A program made the position numbers and the translations under genes. The notes beneath the pieces are model-generated. The model did no database searches. It was not told where the DNA came from and was given only the letters and a program-made list of their open reading frames with translations. Source: a virus. From it: DNA of 13,240 bases. This document shows, in pieces, positions 6,147 to 13,240 of this stretch (the first letter of the stretch is position 1; every line of letters begins with the position of its first letter). The stretch lies in the IMG/VR virus record IMGVR_UViG_3300045988_131623; one strand, 5' to 3'.

Positions 6147-6642
6147 TATTATCGCACTCGCGGGTGCGGGATTTACGAAAAATGACATTATTTCATTAAT
6201 TAACACAGCACCAGCACCAGCACCAGCACCAGCACCAGCACCAGCACCAGCACCAGCACCAGCACCAGCACCAGCACCAGCACCAGCGGTACAGCCAAAC
6301 ATGGGAATGCCGCCAGTTCCAGTGGGAGCGATGGCACAGCAGACAGTCACACCACCAGAATTATTACAGGCACAGCTCACAAGTCCGGCAATGGCAGGAC
6401 AGGCTCAGAGTCAGATGTTAGACTATGCTTTTCAGCAGGGAAATTATGCAGGGAGTCCAACACAGAATGTAGTAGGGCGGCAGTTTCCGAACAGTGATCA
6501 GTTGACAAATTCCATCAATGCGCTTACCAGAGCAGTACAGGCGAATGGAATCACACAGAATCTTGCAGGAGTTAATCATGTTCCGACTGTCGACGAAATG
6601 ACAGCGGCTATTATTAATCCACCTAGTGTGGTGAAAGGATGA
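6133..6642 (+). CDS. Protein with a (Pro-Ala)13 linker in the scaffold position upstream of the MCP gene
   Basis: AAGGAGA lies 10 nt upstream. The N-terminal helical motif is DDIIALAGAGFTKNDIISLI. A 26-residue (AP)n tract follows, then a Q/A/N-rich C-terminal half. The gene lies immediately 5' of the MCP gene, as the scaffold gene gp7 does in phi29. Confidence 0.65.
   Translation: MTMDDIIALAGAGFTKNDIISLINTAPAPAPAPAPAPAPAPAPAPAPAPAPAVQPNMGMPPVPVGAMAQQTVTPPELLQAQLTSPAMAGQAQSQMLDYAFQQGNYAGSPTQNVVGRQFPNSDQLTNSINALTRAVQANGITQNLAGVNHVPTVDEMTAAIINPPSVVKG
6208..6285. repeat. Perfect hexanucleotide tandem repeat (GCACCA)x13
   Basis: The repeat was counted directly: 78 nt with no interruptions. It encodes (Pro-Ala)13 in the plus frame. 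Confidence 0.95.
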
Positions 6643-6646
6643 TATA

Positions 6647-7840
6647 ATGGGAACAATAAATACCTTAGAATACTCGAAGCCGTCTATCTGTAGTTTTGAC
6701 TCTTCTAAAATTCTTACCAGTATTGTTAAACAGGCAACAGGAATTTCCGATATTGCAATTATTAATGGTGGTTTTGTGTCTATCGCTACTACTGCGTTAG
6801 GAATTGCACCAGATACATTACTTAGTGCTATGTCACAGGTTATTTCGCGTACTATTTTTTCTGTCAGACCGTATAATCGTAAGTTTGCAGGACTTTTTGT
6901 AGATAACATGAAGTGGGGAAACCATGTTCGTAAAATTAACATCGGAGATAAAGACTGGGAGATAAATGTTTCCTATGATCTGGCAGACGGAGAGAGTGTA
7001 GATGCTGATATTGTAAGCAAGCCGGACATTTTACAGACCAATTTTTATGGACAGTGTGTGTACAGTAAGCATTATACAATTTTTCGGGATCAGTTGAATA
7101 TCGCTTTGCAGAATGAAGAAGAATTTGAGAGATTCTACACAATGCTCGTTCAGAACACAATGGACATGATCGAACAGTGCCATGAAAATACAGCACGCGC
7201 GACTATCGCTAATCTTATTGGCGGAAAAGTTAAAGGTGATGTCAATAACGTTATTCACTTAGTCACAGAATATAACGATGTGACAGGACTCGCACTTGAC
7301 AGTGACACAGTGAAAAAACCAGAAAATTTTGTTCCATTCTACAAGTGGGCATTCTCTAGAATTAAAACAATTTCAGGACTTATGACGGAAAGAAGTTTGC
7401 AGTATCACATTAATATCACAGGGCATAACATCATGCGTCACACTCCTGTTCAGAACCAGAGATTATATTTATACACACCAGAAATGAACAACGTCGAAAG
7501 TTCTGTATTTTCAAGCGTTTTCAATGAACAGTACTTGAAAATGATGGACTATGAGGGTGTTAATTTTTGGCAGTCCATTAAAACACCAATGGGAATTAAC
7601 GTGAACGCACGTTATATTACTGCGACAGGTACTTTAACAACGGACGCTACAGGCACAGCAACTTCAAACATTCTCGGAGTCCTCATGGATGAAGAAGCGG
7701 CAGGGGTCACTACCTATGGTGCAAGAACTGCCGTTACTCCTTACAATGCAAGGGGTGAGTACACTAATGTTTGGTGGCACTTCAACGATCGGTATTGGAA
7801 TGACTTCACGGAAAATGCAGTTGTTTTCCTGTTAGATTGA
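6647..7840 (+). CDS. Major capsid protein (phi29 gp8-like, lacking the C-terminal Ig-like domain)
   Basis: The protein is 397 aa. It lies between the scaffold-position and tail-knob homologues. The C-terminal GEYTNVWWHF..FTENAVVF resembles phi29 gp8 GLYWNYYYHV..FANAVAFV as recalled. AAAGGATGA RBS upstream. Confidence 0.7.
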   Translation: MGTINTLEYSKPSICSFDSSKILTSIVKQATGISDIAIINGGFVSIATTALGIAPDTLLSAMSQVISRTIFSVRPYNRKFAGLFVDNMKWGNHVRKINIGDKDWEINVSYDLADGESVDADIVSKPDILQTNFYGQCVYSKHYTIFRDQLNIALQNEEEFERFYTMLVQNTMDMIEQCHENTARATIANLIGGKVKGDVNNVIHLVTEYNDVTGLALDSDTVKKPENFVPFYKWAFSRIKTISGLMTERSLQYHINITGHNIMRHTPVQNQRLYLYTPEMNNVESSVFSSVFNEQYLKMMDYEGVNFWQSIKTPMGINVNARYITATGTLTTDATGTATSNILGVLMDEEAAGVTTYGARTAVTPYNARGEYTNVWWHFNDRYWNDFTENAVVFLLD

Positions 7841-7848
7841 TATTTTTG

Positions 7849-7860
7849 GTTTCACGTGGG
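7849..7860. promoter_or_regulatory. Partial copy (TTTCACGTGGGA) of the palindrome core, 25 bp upstream of full copy 2
   Basis: It shares TTTCACGTG with the full site. Centre-to-centre spacing to the full site is about 25 bp. Confidence 0.3.
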
Positions 7861-7864
7861 ACGT

Positions 7865-7873
7865 TGTTATAAT
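7865..7873 (+). promoter_or_regulatory. Extended -10 promoter element TGT-TATAAT for the tail gene block
   Basis: TG is at 7865-7866 and TATAAT at 7868-7873, with no good -35. The element overlaps the first 3 bp of the palindrome. The implied transcription start is inside the palindrome and about 27 nt before the gp9-like ATG. Confidence 0.4.
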
Positions 7874-7890
7874 GTTTCACGTGAAACATT
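7871..7890. promoter_or_regulatory. 20-bp perfect palindrome AATGTTTCACGTGAAACATT, copy 2; candidate operator, with a possible weak hairpin-terminator role after the MCP gene
   Basis: It is identical to 3120-3139. It overlaps the -10 element and transcription start of the tail-gene promoter. On the plus strand it is followed by TTTTCT. Confidence 0.5.
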
Positions 7891-7906
7891 TTTCTGAGGT
7901 GATGTT

Positions 7907-9334
7907 ATGAGTTTTGAAGTTAAATTATACAGAGTCAAGAAAAGGAAAAACAGCACTTTCATTCCAGACGGTGAAGCAGGAAGAACCTTGAATTGTGTAG
8001 TAAAAGAGGGAACAGGGGTGCTGACTCCTGTTATTACAATTGCTAATTCAGCGGAGACTTTCAATCCGTCCGTGTACAACATGGCATATATTGAAGCATT
8101 TTCAAGGTGGTACTGGATTACTGACTGGAAAAATGAAGATAATATGTGGACTTGTTCTCTTCGGGTTGATGTTCTGGCAACATATAAGACGGAAATAGCT
8201 GACTATAATTATTATATTTTACGCTCATCAACTTCTTTTGACGGTGATATTATGGATACTTATTATCCGTATAAACCACAGGTTAATCGACATATTTCAA
8301 CAGGAGAACCATTATGGCAATTGGAAAGTGGTCTTGATACAGCAGGAACGTTTGTGGTGAGTATTGTTAATAAATACGGTATCTCAAATTTTTATGCATT
8401 CACACCGCCTCAGTTTAAGGCATTTGCACAGGCAGTATTCGCAAATATCACTTGGATGTTAGGTGATGGGATTAGTGGAATAACAGATAATTTTGCTAAA
8501 TTGTGTGTTAATCCAGCTCAATATATAACATCTGTTCATTGGTTGCCATTTTCAATAGGCGGAACTGATATGGTTGGAATGACAATAGGTTGGTGGGACA
8601 TTGAATTGCCGTCTGGTCTTAAAAAACTTGATGATTCATTATTCAAACGTTTCACGAGTAGCGTTACCCCTGTAGTTCATCCTCAAAGTGCGACGAGAGG
8701 TAACTATCTTAATTCAAGTCCTTATAGAAACTTGAGAATATGGATTCCGGCTTTTGGCGTAATGACAATAGACAGTGCTAAAGTTCCAAGTGGCAACACG
8801 ATTAATATTACAGCATGGGTAGACTCTCGAACAGGTTACGCAATGTGTACCGCTACTACACCTTTAGATACTGGTAACGTAAATGAATTATTAGGGGTGT
8901 TGTATACTAATGTCGCTGTCAACTATCAAGTGAGTGATATAAAAACTAACTATACCGCGATAGCGGACAAAGCTACGTCTGCTTTAGGAAGTCTTGCAAG
9001 TTCTGTGTTGAATCCTATCGGAGGAATCAGCGGCTTCATCAAAAATGGAATCGGCGCTATACAAGCTACAGGTTCAGCAGAGGTCAGCACACGCGGAACT
9101 ATAGGTAGTACAATCGGATTAACGTCTGGTATTTATTGTTACTCAGATTGTCAGTTATTAGTTGACGAGGACAGAGCAGACAATGGGAGACCTTATTGTA
9201 AAAACGGAAAATTTAGTACCCTAGGAAACGGTTTTTACACTGTTGAAAACGGTTCTACTCCTCTGAATGGGGCATATGAAGCTGAAATTGATGAGGTTAA
9301 GAATTTTCTGGAAAGTGGGGTGTATTATGCGTAG
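7907..9334 (+). CDS. Tail knob / distal tube protein (phi29 gp9-like)
   Basis: GAGGTGA RBS upstream. The N-terminal region YNMAYIEAFSRWYWITDWKNEDNMWTCSLRVDVLATY resembles phi29 gp9 [41 protein letters not shown] as recalled. The syntenic position after the MCP gene fits. Confidence 0.7.
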   Translation: MSFEVKLYRVKKRKNSTFIPDGEAGRTLNCVVKEGTGVLTPVITIANSAETFNPSVYNMAYIEAFSRWYWITDWKNEDNMWTCSLRVDVLATYKTEIADYNYYILRSSTSFDGDIMDTYYPYKPQVNRHISTGEPLWQLESGLDTAGTFVVSIVNKYGISNFYAFTPPQFKAFAQAVFANITWMLGDGISGITDNFAKLCVNPAQYITSVHWLPFSIGGTDMVGMTIGWWDIELPSGLKKLDDSLFKRFTSSVTPVVHPQSATRGNYLNSSPYRNLRIWIPAFGVMTIDSAKVPSGNTINITAWVDSRTGYAMCTATTPLDTGNVNELLGVLYTNVAVNYQVSDIKTNYTAIADKATSALGSLASSVLNPIGGISGFIKNGIGAIQATGSAEVSTRGTIGSTIGLTSGIYCYSDCQLLVDEDRADNGRPYCKNGKFSTLGNGFYTVENGSTPLNGAYEAEIDEVKNFLESGVYYA

Positions 9335-9977
9335 TTACTATAATGATAATGGAAATATGTTGCTTTTTTATATTCTTGGGAAACAACAGGGTGGTACTGT
9401 TCCACCTATCATACCCGCAGGTGAATGGAAAACTGTAGTTACTGATACATCGGCAGGTTATCTTAACGATGCAGACATGAAAAGTAATGCCACAATTATA
9501 TGGGATTATTTTCGTCAGAAACTTGGATGGAATGTAAACAGCGTTGCGGCACTCCTTGGAAATATGCAGGGTGAAAGTACACTAAATCCGGGTCTGATTG
9601 AAGTTGGTGGTGGAACTACATCAGCAGGGGCAGGACATGGACTGGTACAGTGGACACCGGCTACTGATTTGTACAAAGTGCTTGATATTTTATACGGTGG
9701 TCACGAGGACTGGTACGATGGAAACAAACAGCTCGGAGTGATATATGCTGAATATCAAGAGAGCGTTGGTGAAGCACACAGAGGAATTGAACCGCAGTGG
9801 TATAAGACCACTAAATATCCATGCGATTTCAGACAGTGGGCTTTTAATCAGCTTAATTATGATTTGGAAAAATTAACCTATGCTTTCGCGGCAAATTACT
9901 TGCGTCCGGCGGTAGTGGAACAGCCACGGAGAGTTGAGTATACGCGGCAATGGCTTGACTATTTCTTAAAGGGGTGA
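9327..9977 (+). CDS. Tail-associated peptidoglycan hydrolase, lysozyme-like domain only (phi29 gp13 N-domain-like)
   Basis: LLGNMQGESTLNPGL and GHGLVQWTPAT resemble phi29 gp13 MLGNMQSESTINPGL and GFGLVQWTPAS as recalled. ATG 9327 follows a GGGGTG RBS, and ATGCGTAG overlaps the gp9-like stop. There is no C-terminal M23 peptidase domain. Confidence 0.8.
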   Translation: MRSYYNDNGNMLLFYILGKQQGGTVPPIIPAGEWKTVVTDTSAGYLNDADMKSNATIIWDYFRQKLGWNVNSVAALLGNMQGESTLNPGLIEVGGGTTSAGAGHGLVQWTPATDLYKVLDILYGGHEDWYDGNKQLGVIYAEYQESVGEAHRGIEPQWYKTTKYPCDFRQWAFNQLNYDLEKLTYAFAANYLRPAVVEQPRRVEYTRQWLDYFLKG

Positions 9978-9978
9978 T

Positions 9979-10899
9979 ATGATGAATGTTTTTAGCACAA
10001 ATGTTCCTGTTAGTTATGACATGATTAACTTGTATACTTCCAGTTATTCCCCGTCTACATTGCATTGCAAGAACACTCAGTTATATTCCTATTTTCTGAG
10101 ATACCTTTTGCAGAAATGTATGTCAGTATTCAAGTGGGATTTGCCGGAAGAGTGGGACAAGAATTATTTTCTGTACACCTTGTACTGTTGGGGATTCTTA
10201 TGTGTTTTTGAAACTGACAAATACGGTGTGATTCCGCAGGCTTGTGGTTTACAGGGATATAATATTTTTTATCAACCTACAGAGGTCAATATTGCAAACC
10301 CGTTGCTGAGAGGTATTAATATAAAAAGAATAAACAAAGACTGTGTAATTCTCAGATTGCAACCAGACTGGCGTGGTGTTATGGACATATGTTCTTACTA
10401 CGCTGATAATATGGCACTGACAGCAGAAACTTGTGAGATTAACATTGCAAACAGTAAATTAACTTATATGTTTGGTGTTGATGGAAAAGTACAGGCAGAG
10501 GCATTGAAGAAAACGTTTGACAAAATTATGTCTGGGAATACCGCAGTATATTATGGTAACAATCTCAGACGTAGGGATGCTATGGGAAATACTACAGACC
10601 CATGGACAACGTTTGCTAATAAGCTGAAAGAAAACTTCATTGCACCAGATTTACAGGATACACTCAGACGGTGGGAAGAAATGTTCTGCAATGATGTTGG
10701 TATTCCGAACGTGAGGTCAGACAAGAAAGAAAGGTTGATTACAGCTGAAGCTGAGAGTAACGATTTCGAAACACAGAGTAAATGTGACTTGTGGCTTGAA
10801 GAATTGCAGAAAAGCTGTAGAAAGATTAATGCTATGTTTGGTGACAAACTGAGTAGTGCCGTGTGGGTTGACTGGAGGAAAGGTAGGGAAGATGGTTAA
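9979..10899 (+). CDS. Head-tail connector / portal (phi29 gp10-like)
   Basis: The protein is 306 aa (phi29 gp10 is 309 aa). KKERLITAEAESNDFETQS and SCRKINAMFG resemble phi29 gp10 KKERMVTDEVSSNDEQIES and ACEKINELYG as recalled. The N-terminal FKWDLPEEW resembles phi29 FEWENLPPT. Confidence 0.85.
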   Translation: MMNVFSTNVPVSYDMINLYTSSYSPSTLHCKNTQLYSYFLRYLLQKCMSVFKWDLPEEWDKNYFLYTLYCWGFLCVFETDKYGVIPQACGLQGYNIFYQPTEVNIANPLLRGINIKRINKDCVILRLQPDWRGVMDICSYYADNMALTAETCEINIANSKLTYMFGVDGKVQAEALKKTFDKIMSGNTAVYYGNNLRRRDAMGNTTDPWTTFANKLKENFIAPDLQDTLRRWEEMFCNDVGIPNVRSDKKERLITAEAESNDFETQSKCDLWLEELQKSCRKINAMFGDKLSSAVWVDWRKGREDG

Positions 10900-10966
10900 G
10901 ATAACGATTGCTTTTCTGGTTGCTGTTGCTATTATTGTGTGGGCAGACTGGACAAATAGAAAGTAG
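10892..10966 (+). CDS. 24-aa hydrophobic micro-ORF (MVKITIAFLVAVAIIVWADWTNRK)
   Basis: The ATG overlaps the connector TAA (ATGGTTAA). GGAGGAAAGG lies 11 nt upstream. The product has a single TM-like segment. It fills the gap between the connector and lower-collar-position genes. Confidence 0.25.
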   Translation: MVKITIAFLVAVAIIVWADWTNRK

Positions 10967-10974
10967 GTGAGAAT

Positions 10975-11640
10975 ATGAGTGCTTATGTTTCTGTAATAGG
11001 GTTGCTTAACTGGGATGAAAATATCATTGACAACACGTTTCTTGATGTATTCATAGCGTTGTTCAAGACCGAAACAATAGCAATGAATATGTTGGAACGG
11101 TTGGAAGATTTGCTTGTGTATGAGTGTGGGGAATTGGAAGTTACATTACCTAACCCAACATTCTTCAAAAAGATTGTCAAAAGTTGGGCAGACAATCAGA
11201 CAGGAGTGTGGAAAGCGTACTACTCCGCACAACAGGCTGTAGAGGTAGATGTGAGTAACATTTTACTGGGAAGTACACAGGAAGTATTGACAGGAAAAGA
11301 TGATACAACAAAGACAAGAAATCTTTCTCATAACGAAACTACCACCTACGACAATGAGGATAACGTAGTCAGTGATAACTCTGTATATGGTTTCAATGAA
11401 AGCGGAGCGAAACCAAAAGACCACTCTGTTGTAACTGATAATACAATCGGTAATAATACTGTCAAATATACAGACGATGAAACCGGTAAAGACGAAAAAA
11501 GTCTAAGTCATACAAAAGTTTTCACAGATTACGGGAAATTTTTTGACTCAGCTGGCAGATTGAATATGGTAGCTGAAATGAATGTCATCAACAAAATTAT
11601 AGTTGATTTCAGAGATAAGTTCTGTTTGAACGTTTATTAA
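10975..11640 (+). CDS. Putative lower collar protein (gp11 position), 221 aa, with a D/T/N-rich central region
   Basis: GGTGA RBS upstream. The call rests on synteny: it lies between the connector and appendage genes. No sequence motif was recognised. Confidence 0.45.
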   Translation: MSAYVSVIGLLNWDENIIDNTFLDVFIALFKTETIAMNMLERLEDLLVYECGELEVTLPNPTFFKKIVKSWADNQTGVWKAYYSAQQAVEVDVSNILLGSTQEVLTGKDDTTKTRNLSHNETTTYDNEDNVVSDNSVYGFNESGAKPKDHSVVTDNTIGNNTVKYTDDETGKDEKSLSHTKVFTDYGKFFDSAGRLNMVAEMNVINKIIVDFRDKFCLNVY

Positions 11641-11653
11641 AGGGGGTATAAAT

Positions 11654-12985
11654 ATGGCATTTTGGAATAAGTTCCCATTTACCAATTTTCACGAAATGAA
11701 TCTGGACTGGTTGATTTCAACCATGAAAGAATTGACGGACGGTTTTAATGTTCTTGACAATAGTGTTAAACAGCAGTTAAAAGACTTTAACACCACAATG
11801 ACTAACACGCTCACTTCTCAGAATACGAAGATTAACGACTTTGTTAATAATTATGAAGCGAAAGTTAATGATATTCCGAATCAGGTGTTGAAAGACGTTA
11901 GAACTGTTATGCATGACTATGAAACTGCTGGCGTTTTTCAAGAAATTATCAAAGATACATATGGAGCAGTCAGTTACCTAAATGACATGCAGAACAAAAA
12001 AATTGTACTTCTCGGAGACAGTTTAACAGATGAGAGCAGATCGGTAAGTTGGGTTAAAAGCTTTAAGACCATGCTGACGGGTACAGGCTGTACCGTATTA
12101 AGTTATGCTAAGTCCGGAGAAAAAATGGAAGAACAGGCTACAAGATTCGAAGCCTGTACCGTAAAACCAGATATTCTGTGGATATGGTGTGGTATTAATG
12201 ATGTGAGAGATCAGACAAGTTTATCTGCATTAAATACCGCTCTACATAAGATAAGAACAAAAGTACAGACACTTAATCCAAAATGTCAGGTGTATCTAAT
12301 GAGTACGTACAAAAATAAGAGAGGTATGCCGTCAGGGTGGGTTATTCCGCAAACGGCATATTGGCGTTATATGAGTCAGTACGCTATAATCAACGGATGG
12401 ACTTTTATTGATGGATTTTCAAGTGCGCCTGTTATTACACCAGAGACATCAATTATGCAGAGTACTTTTTATTCTGAAACCGACAAACAGTATTTACATT
12501 ACACAGCCGCTTACACCGATATTTTAGCAAGGTGGATTTTAAATTGCATGATTAATCAGTCGCCTGTTCCATTAGGAGACTATAAAGAACTTGTTCCATC
12601 GGCTAACTTTTCAGCAAAAATCAATGCGACCTCTAAGTTTGTACCTAACAGTGGTGGCACGTTCTGTGAATTCGGAACGCATATGGTTCATGTAAGATTA
12701 GTGGGTGCTTTCACGCCAGGCTCTAATAGTCCGCAGTACACTAAAATTTGTACGTTACCAGAATTTTGCAGACCAAAACAGACTTTAGGACATGAACTTG
12801 CTTTTCGTGGTGGTGGTATTGGTTCTGATGGTGGTCAGTATGTAGTTCCTGTTTATCTTGATACTGATGGTAGTGTTTATTTTTATAACAGGTCATTGAC
12901 ATTAGAAAGTTTCACTTCTGCCACATTGTCGTGTGATATTTATATTCACGACCTTAAAACTGATTGGGAGAGAACAGCTTCCTAA
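11654..12985 (+). CDS. Tail appendage / receptor-binding protein with a central SGNH (GDSL) hydrolase domain
   Basis: AGGGGG RBS upstream. SGNH block I is IVLLGDSLTD and block III is WCGINDV. An N-terminal roughly 110-aa probable virion-anchor region and a C-terminal roughly 140-aa domain flank the hydrolase core. It is the last gene before the right ITR, as gp12 is in phi29. Confidence 0.7.
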   Translation: MAFWNKFPFTNFHEMNLDWLISTMKELTDGFNVLDNSVKQQLKDFNTTMTNTLTSQNTKINDFVNNYEAKVNDIPNQVLKDVRTVMHDYETAGVFQEIIKDTYGAVSYLNDMQNKKIVLLGDSLTDESRSVSWVKSFKTMLTGTGCTVLSYAKSGEKMEEQATRFEACTVKPDILWIWCGINDVRDQTSLSALNTALHKIRTKVQTLNPKCQVYLMSTYKNKRGMPSGWVIPQTAYWRYMSQYAIINGWTFIDGFSSAPVITPETSIMQSTFYSETDKQYLHYTAAYTDILARWILNCMINQSPVPLGDYKELVPSANFSAKINATSKFVPNSGGTFCEFGTHMVHVRLVGAFTPGSNSPQYTKICTLPEFCRPKQTLGHELAFRGGGIGSDGGQYVVPVYLDTDGSVYFYNRSLTLESFTSATLSCDIYIHDLKTDWERTAS

Positions 12986-12990
12986 ACGTT

Positions 12991-13016
12991 AGGGTGACTT
13001 CGGTTGCCCTCTTTTT
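12991..13016 (+). terminator. Intrinsic terminator for the rightward (late) transcript, embedded in the inner edge of the right ITR
   Basis: The plus strand reads AGGGUGAC-UUCG-GUUGCCCU-C-UUUUU. It starts 6 nt after the appendage gene stop. It is the mirror image of the left-end terminator. Confidence 0.6.
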
Positions 13017-13240
13017 CGCGAGTGAGTTAGTTGGAACTAACTTTGTTCCCGTCAGAGTTAAATGCTACTAACTCATGGGCGGAGCGACCGGAGGGAGCGG
13101 AGCCATTTCGAACATATGTTTGGTTTAGTGTGCGTTCGCCGCGGACAGACTGGGCGGTTTGTGTTTGTCTGTCGCGGACAGAATGTTCGAGCTGTGTCCG
13201 TCACTCGCGGACAAATTGGGGAAAAGTGTCCGTCACACAC
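12991..13240. repeat. Right inverted terminal repeat (ITR)
   Basis: It is the reverse complement of 1-251 except for one A fewer in the homopolymer run. Confidence 0.95.

Noticed and set aside
6102-6380. Minus-strand ORF translating as (GA)n across the hexanucleotide repeat
   Set aside because: It is an artefact of reading the (GCACCA)n repeat in antisense. The sense-strand gene has an RBS and operon context.
6418-7258. Minus-strand ORFs 6418-6942, 6936-7196 and 7031-7258 inside the PA-repeat and MCP genes
   Set aside because: They are antisense to well-supported structural genes in a unidirectional operon, with no RBS.
7867-11195. Minus-strand ORFs 7867-8082, 9853-10065, 10551-10847 and 10983-11195
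   Set aside because: They are antisense to the tail and connector genes. They lack an RBS and do not fit the strand organisation.
1-13240. CRISPR arrays, integrase or att sites, transposase or IS elements, rRNA or tRNA genes
   Set aside because: No spaced direct repeats, no recombinase or transposase motifs and no rRNA or tRNA structure were seen. The element is a linear ITR-bounded virus genome, not an integrated island.

Overview
The window is a complete linear replicon of 13,240 bp, bounded end to end by inverted terminal repeats (ITRs). Positions 1-251 equal the reverse complement of 12991-13240, differing only by one A in a homopolymer run (A6 left, A5 right). The termini are visibly GC-rich. 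The body is AT-rich and compact, with strong AAAGGAG-type Shine-Dalgarno sites and many start/stop overlaps. Gene content and order match a phi29-like (Picovirinae/Salasmaviridae-type) protein-primed podophage, most plausibly of a Gram-positive host. It is unusually small for that group. Leftward early operon (minus strand, 3469 down to 390): an 86-aa protein, a 24-aa hydrophobic micro-ORF, a ribbon-helix-helix (RHH) regulator, a short basic terminal-protein-like protein, and a protein-primed family B DNA polymerase (DIETT, YxxxD, NSLYG, YCDTDS and KxY motifs). Rightward operon (plus strand, 3674 to 12985): a p6-like acidic-tailed protein, a p5-like SSB, a gp16-like FtsK/HerA packaging ATPase, a one-TM holin-like protein, a stand-alone SH3b protein, a scaffold-position protein carrying a perfect (GCACCA)13 repeat that encodes (Pro-Ala)13, a gp8-like major capsid protein, a gp9-like tail knob, a gp13-like lysozyme-domain protein without the M23 peptidase, a gp10-like connector, a gp11-position protein, and an appendage protein with an SGNH/GDSL esterase core. 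Non-coding signals of note: (1) the inner end of each ITR encodes a UUCG-tetraloop hairpin plus U-tract that reads as an intrinsic terminator for the outward transcript at both ends; (2) a 20-bp perfect palindrome AATGTTTCACGTGAAACATT occurs twice, upstream of the RHH gene and over an extended -10 promoter in front of the tail-knob gene, with a partial copy and a half-site elsewhere, which is a candidate RHH operator network; (3) the ITRs have a periodic internal repeat architecture; (4) a 128-nt gap after the ATPase gene, the only large gap in the late operon, contains a bulged long-range helix. All homology statements rest on motif recognition and remembered phi29 protein sequences, and need BLAST/HHpred confirmation.
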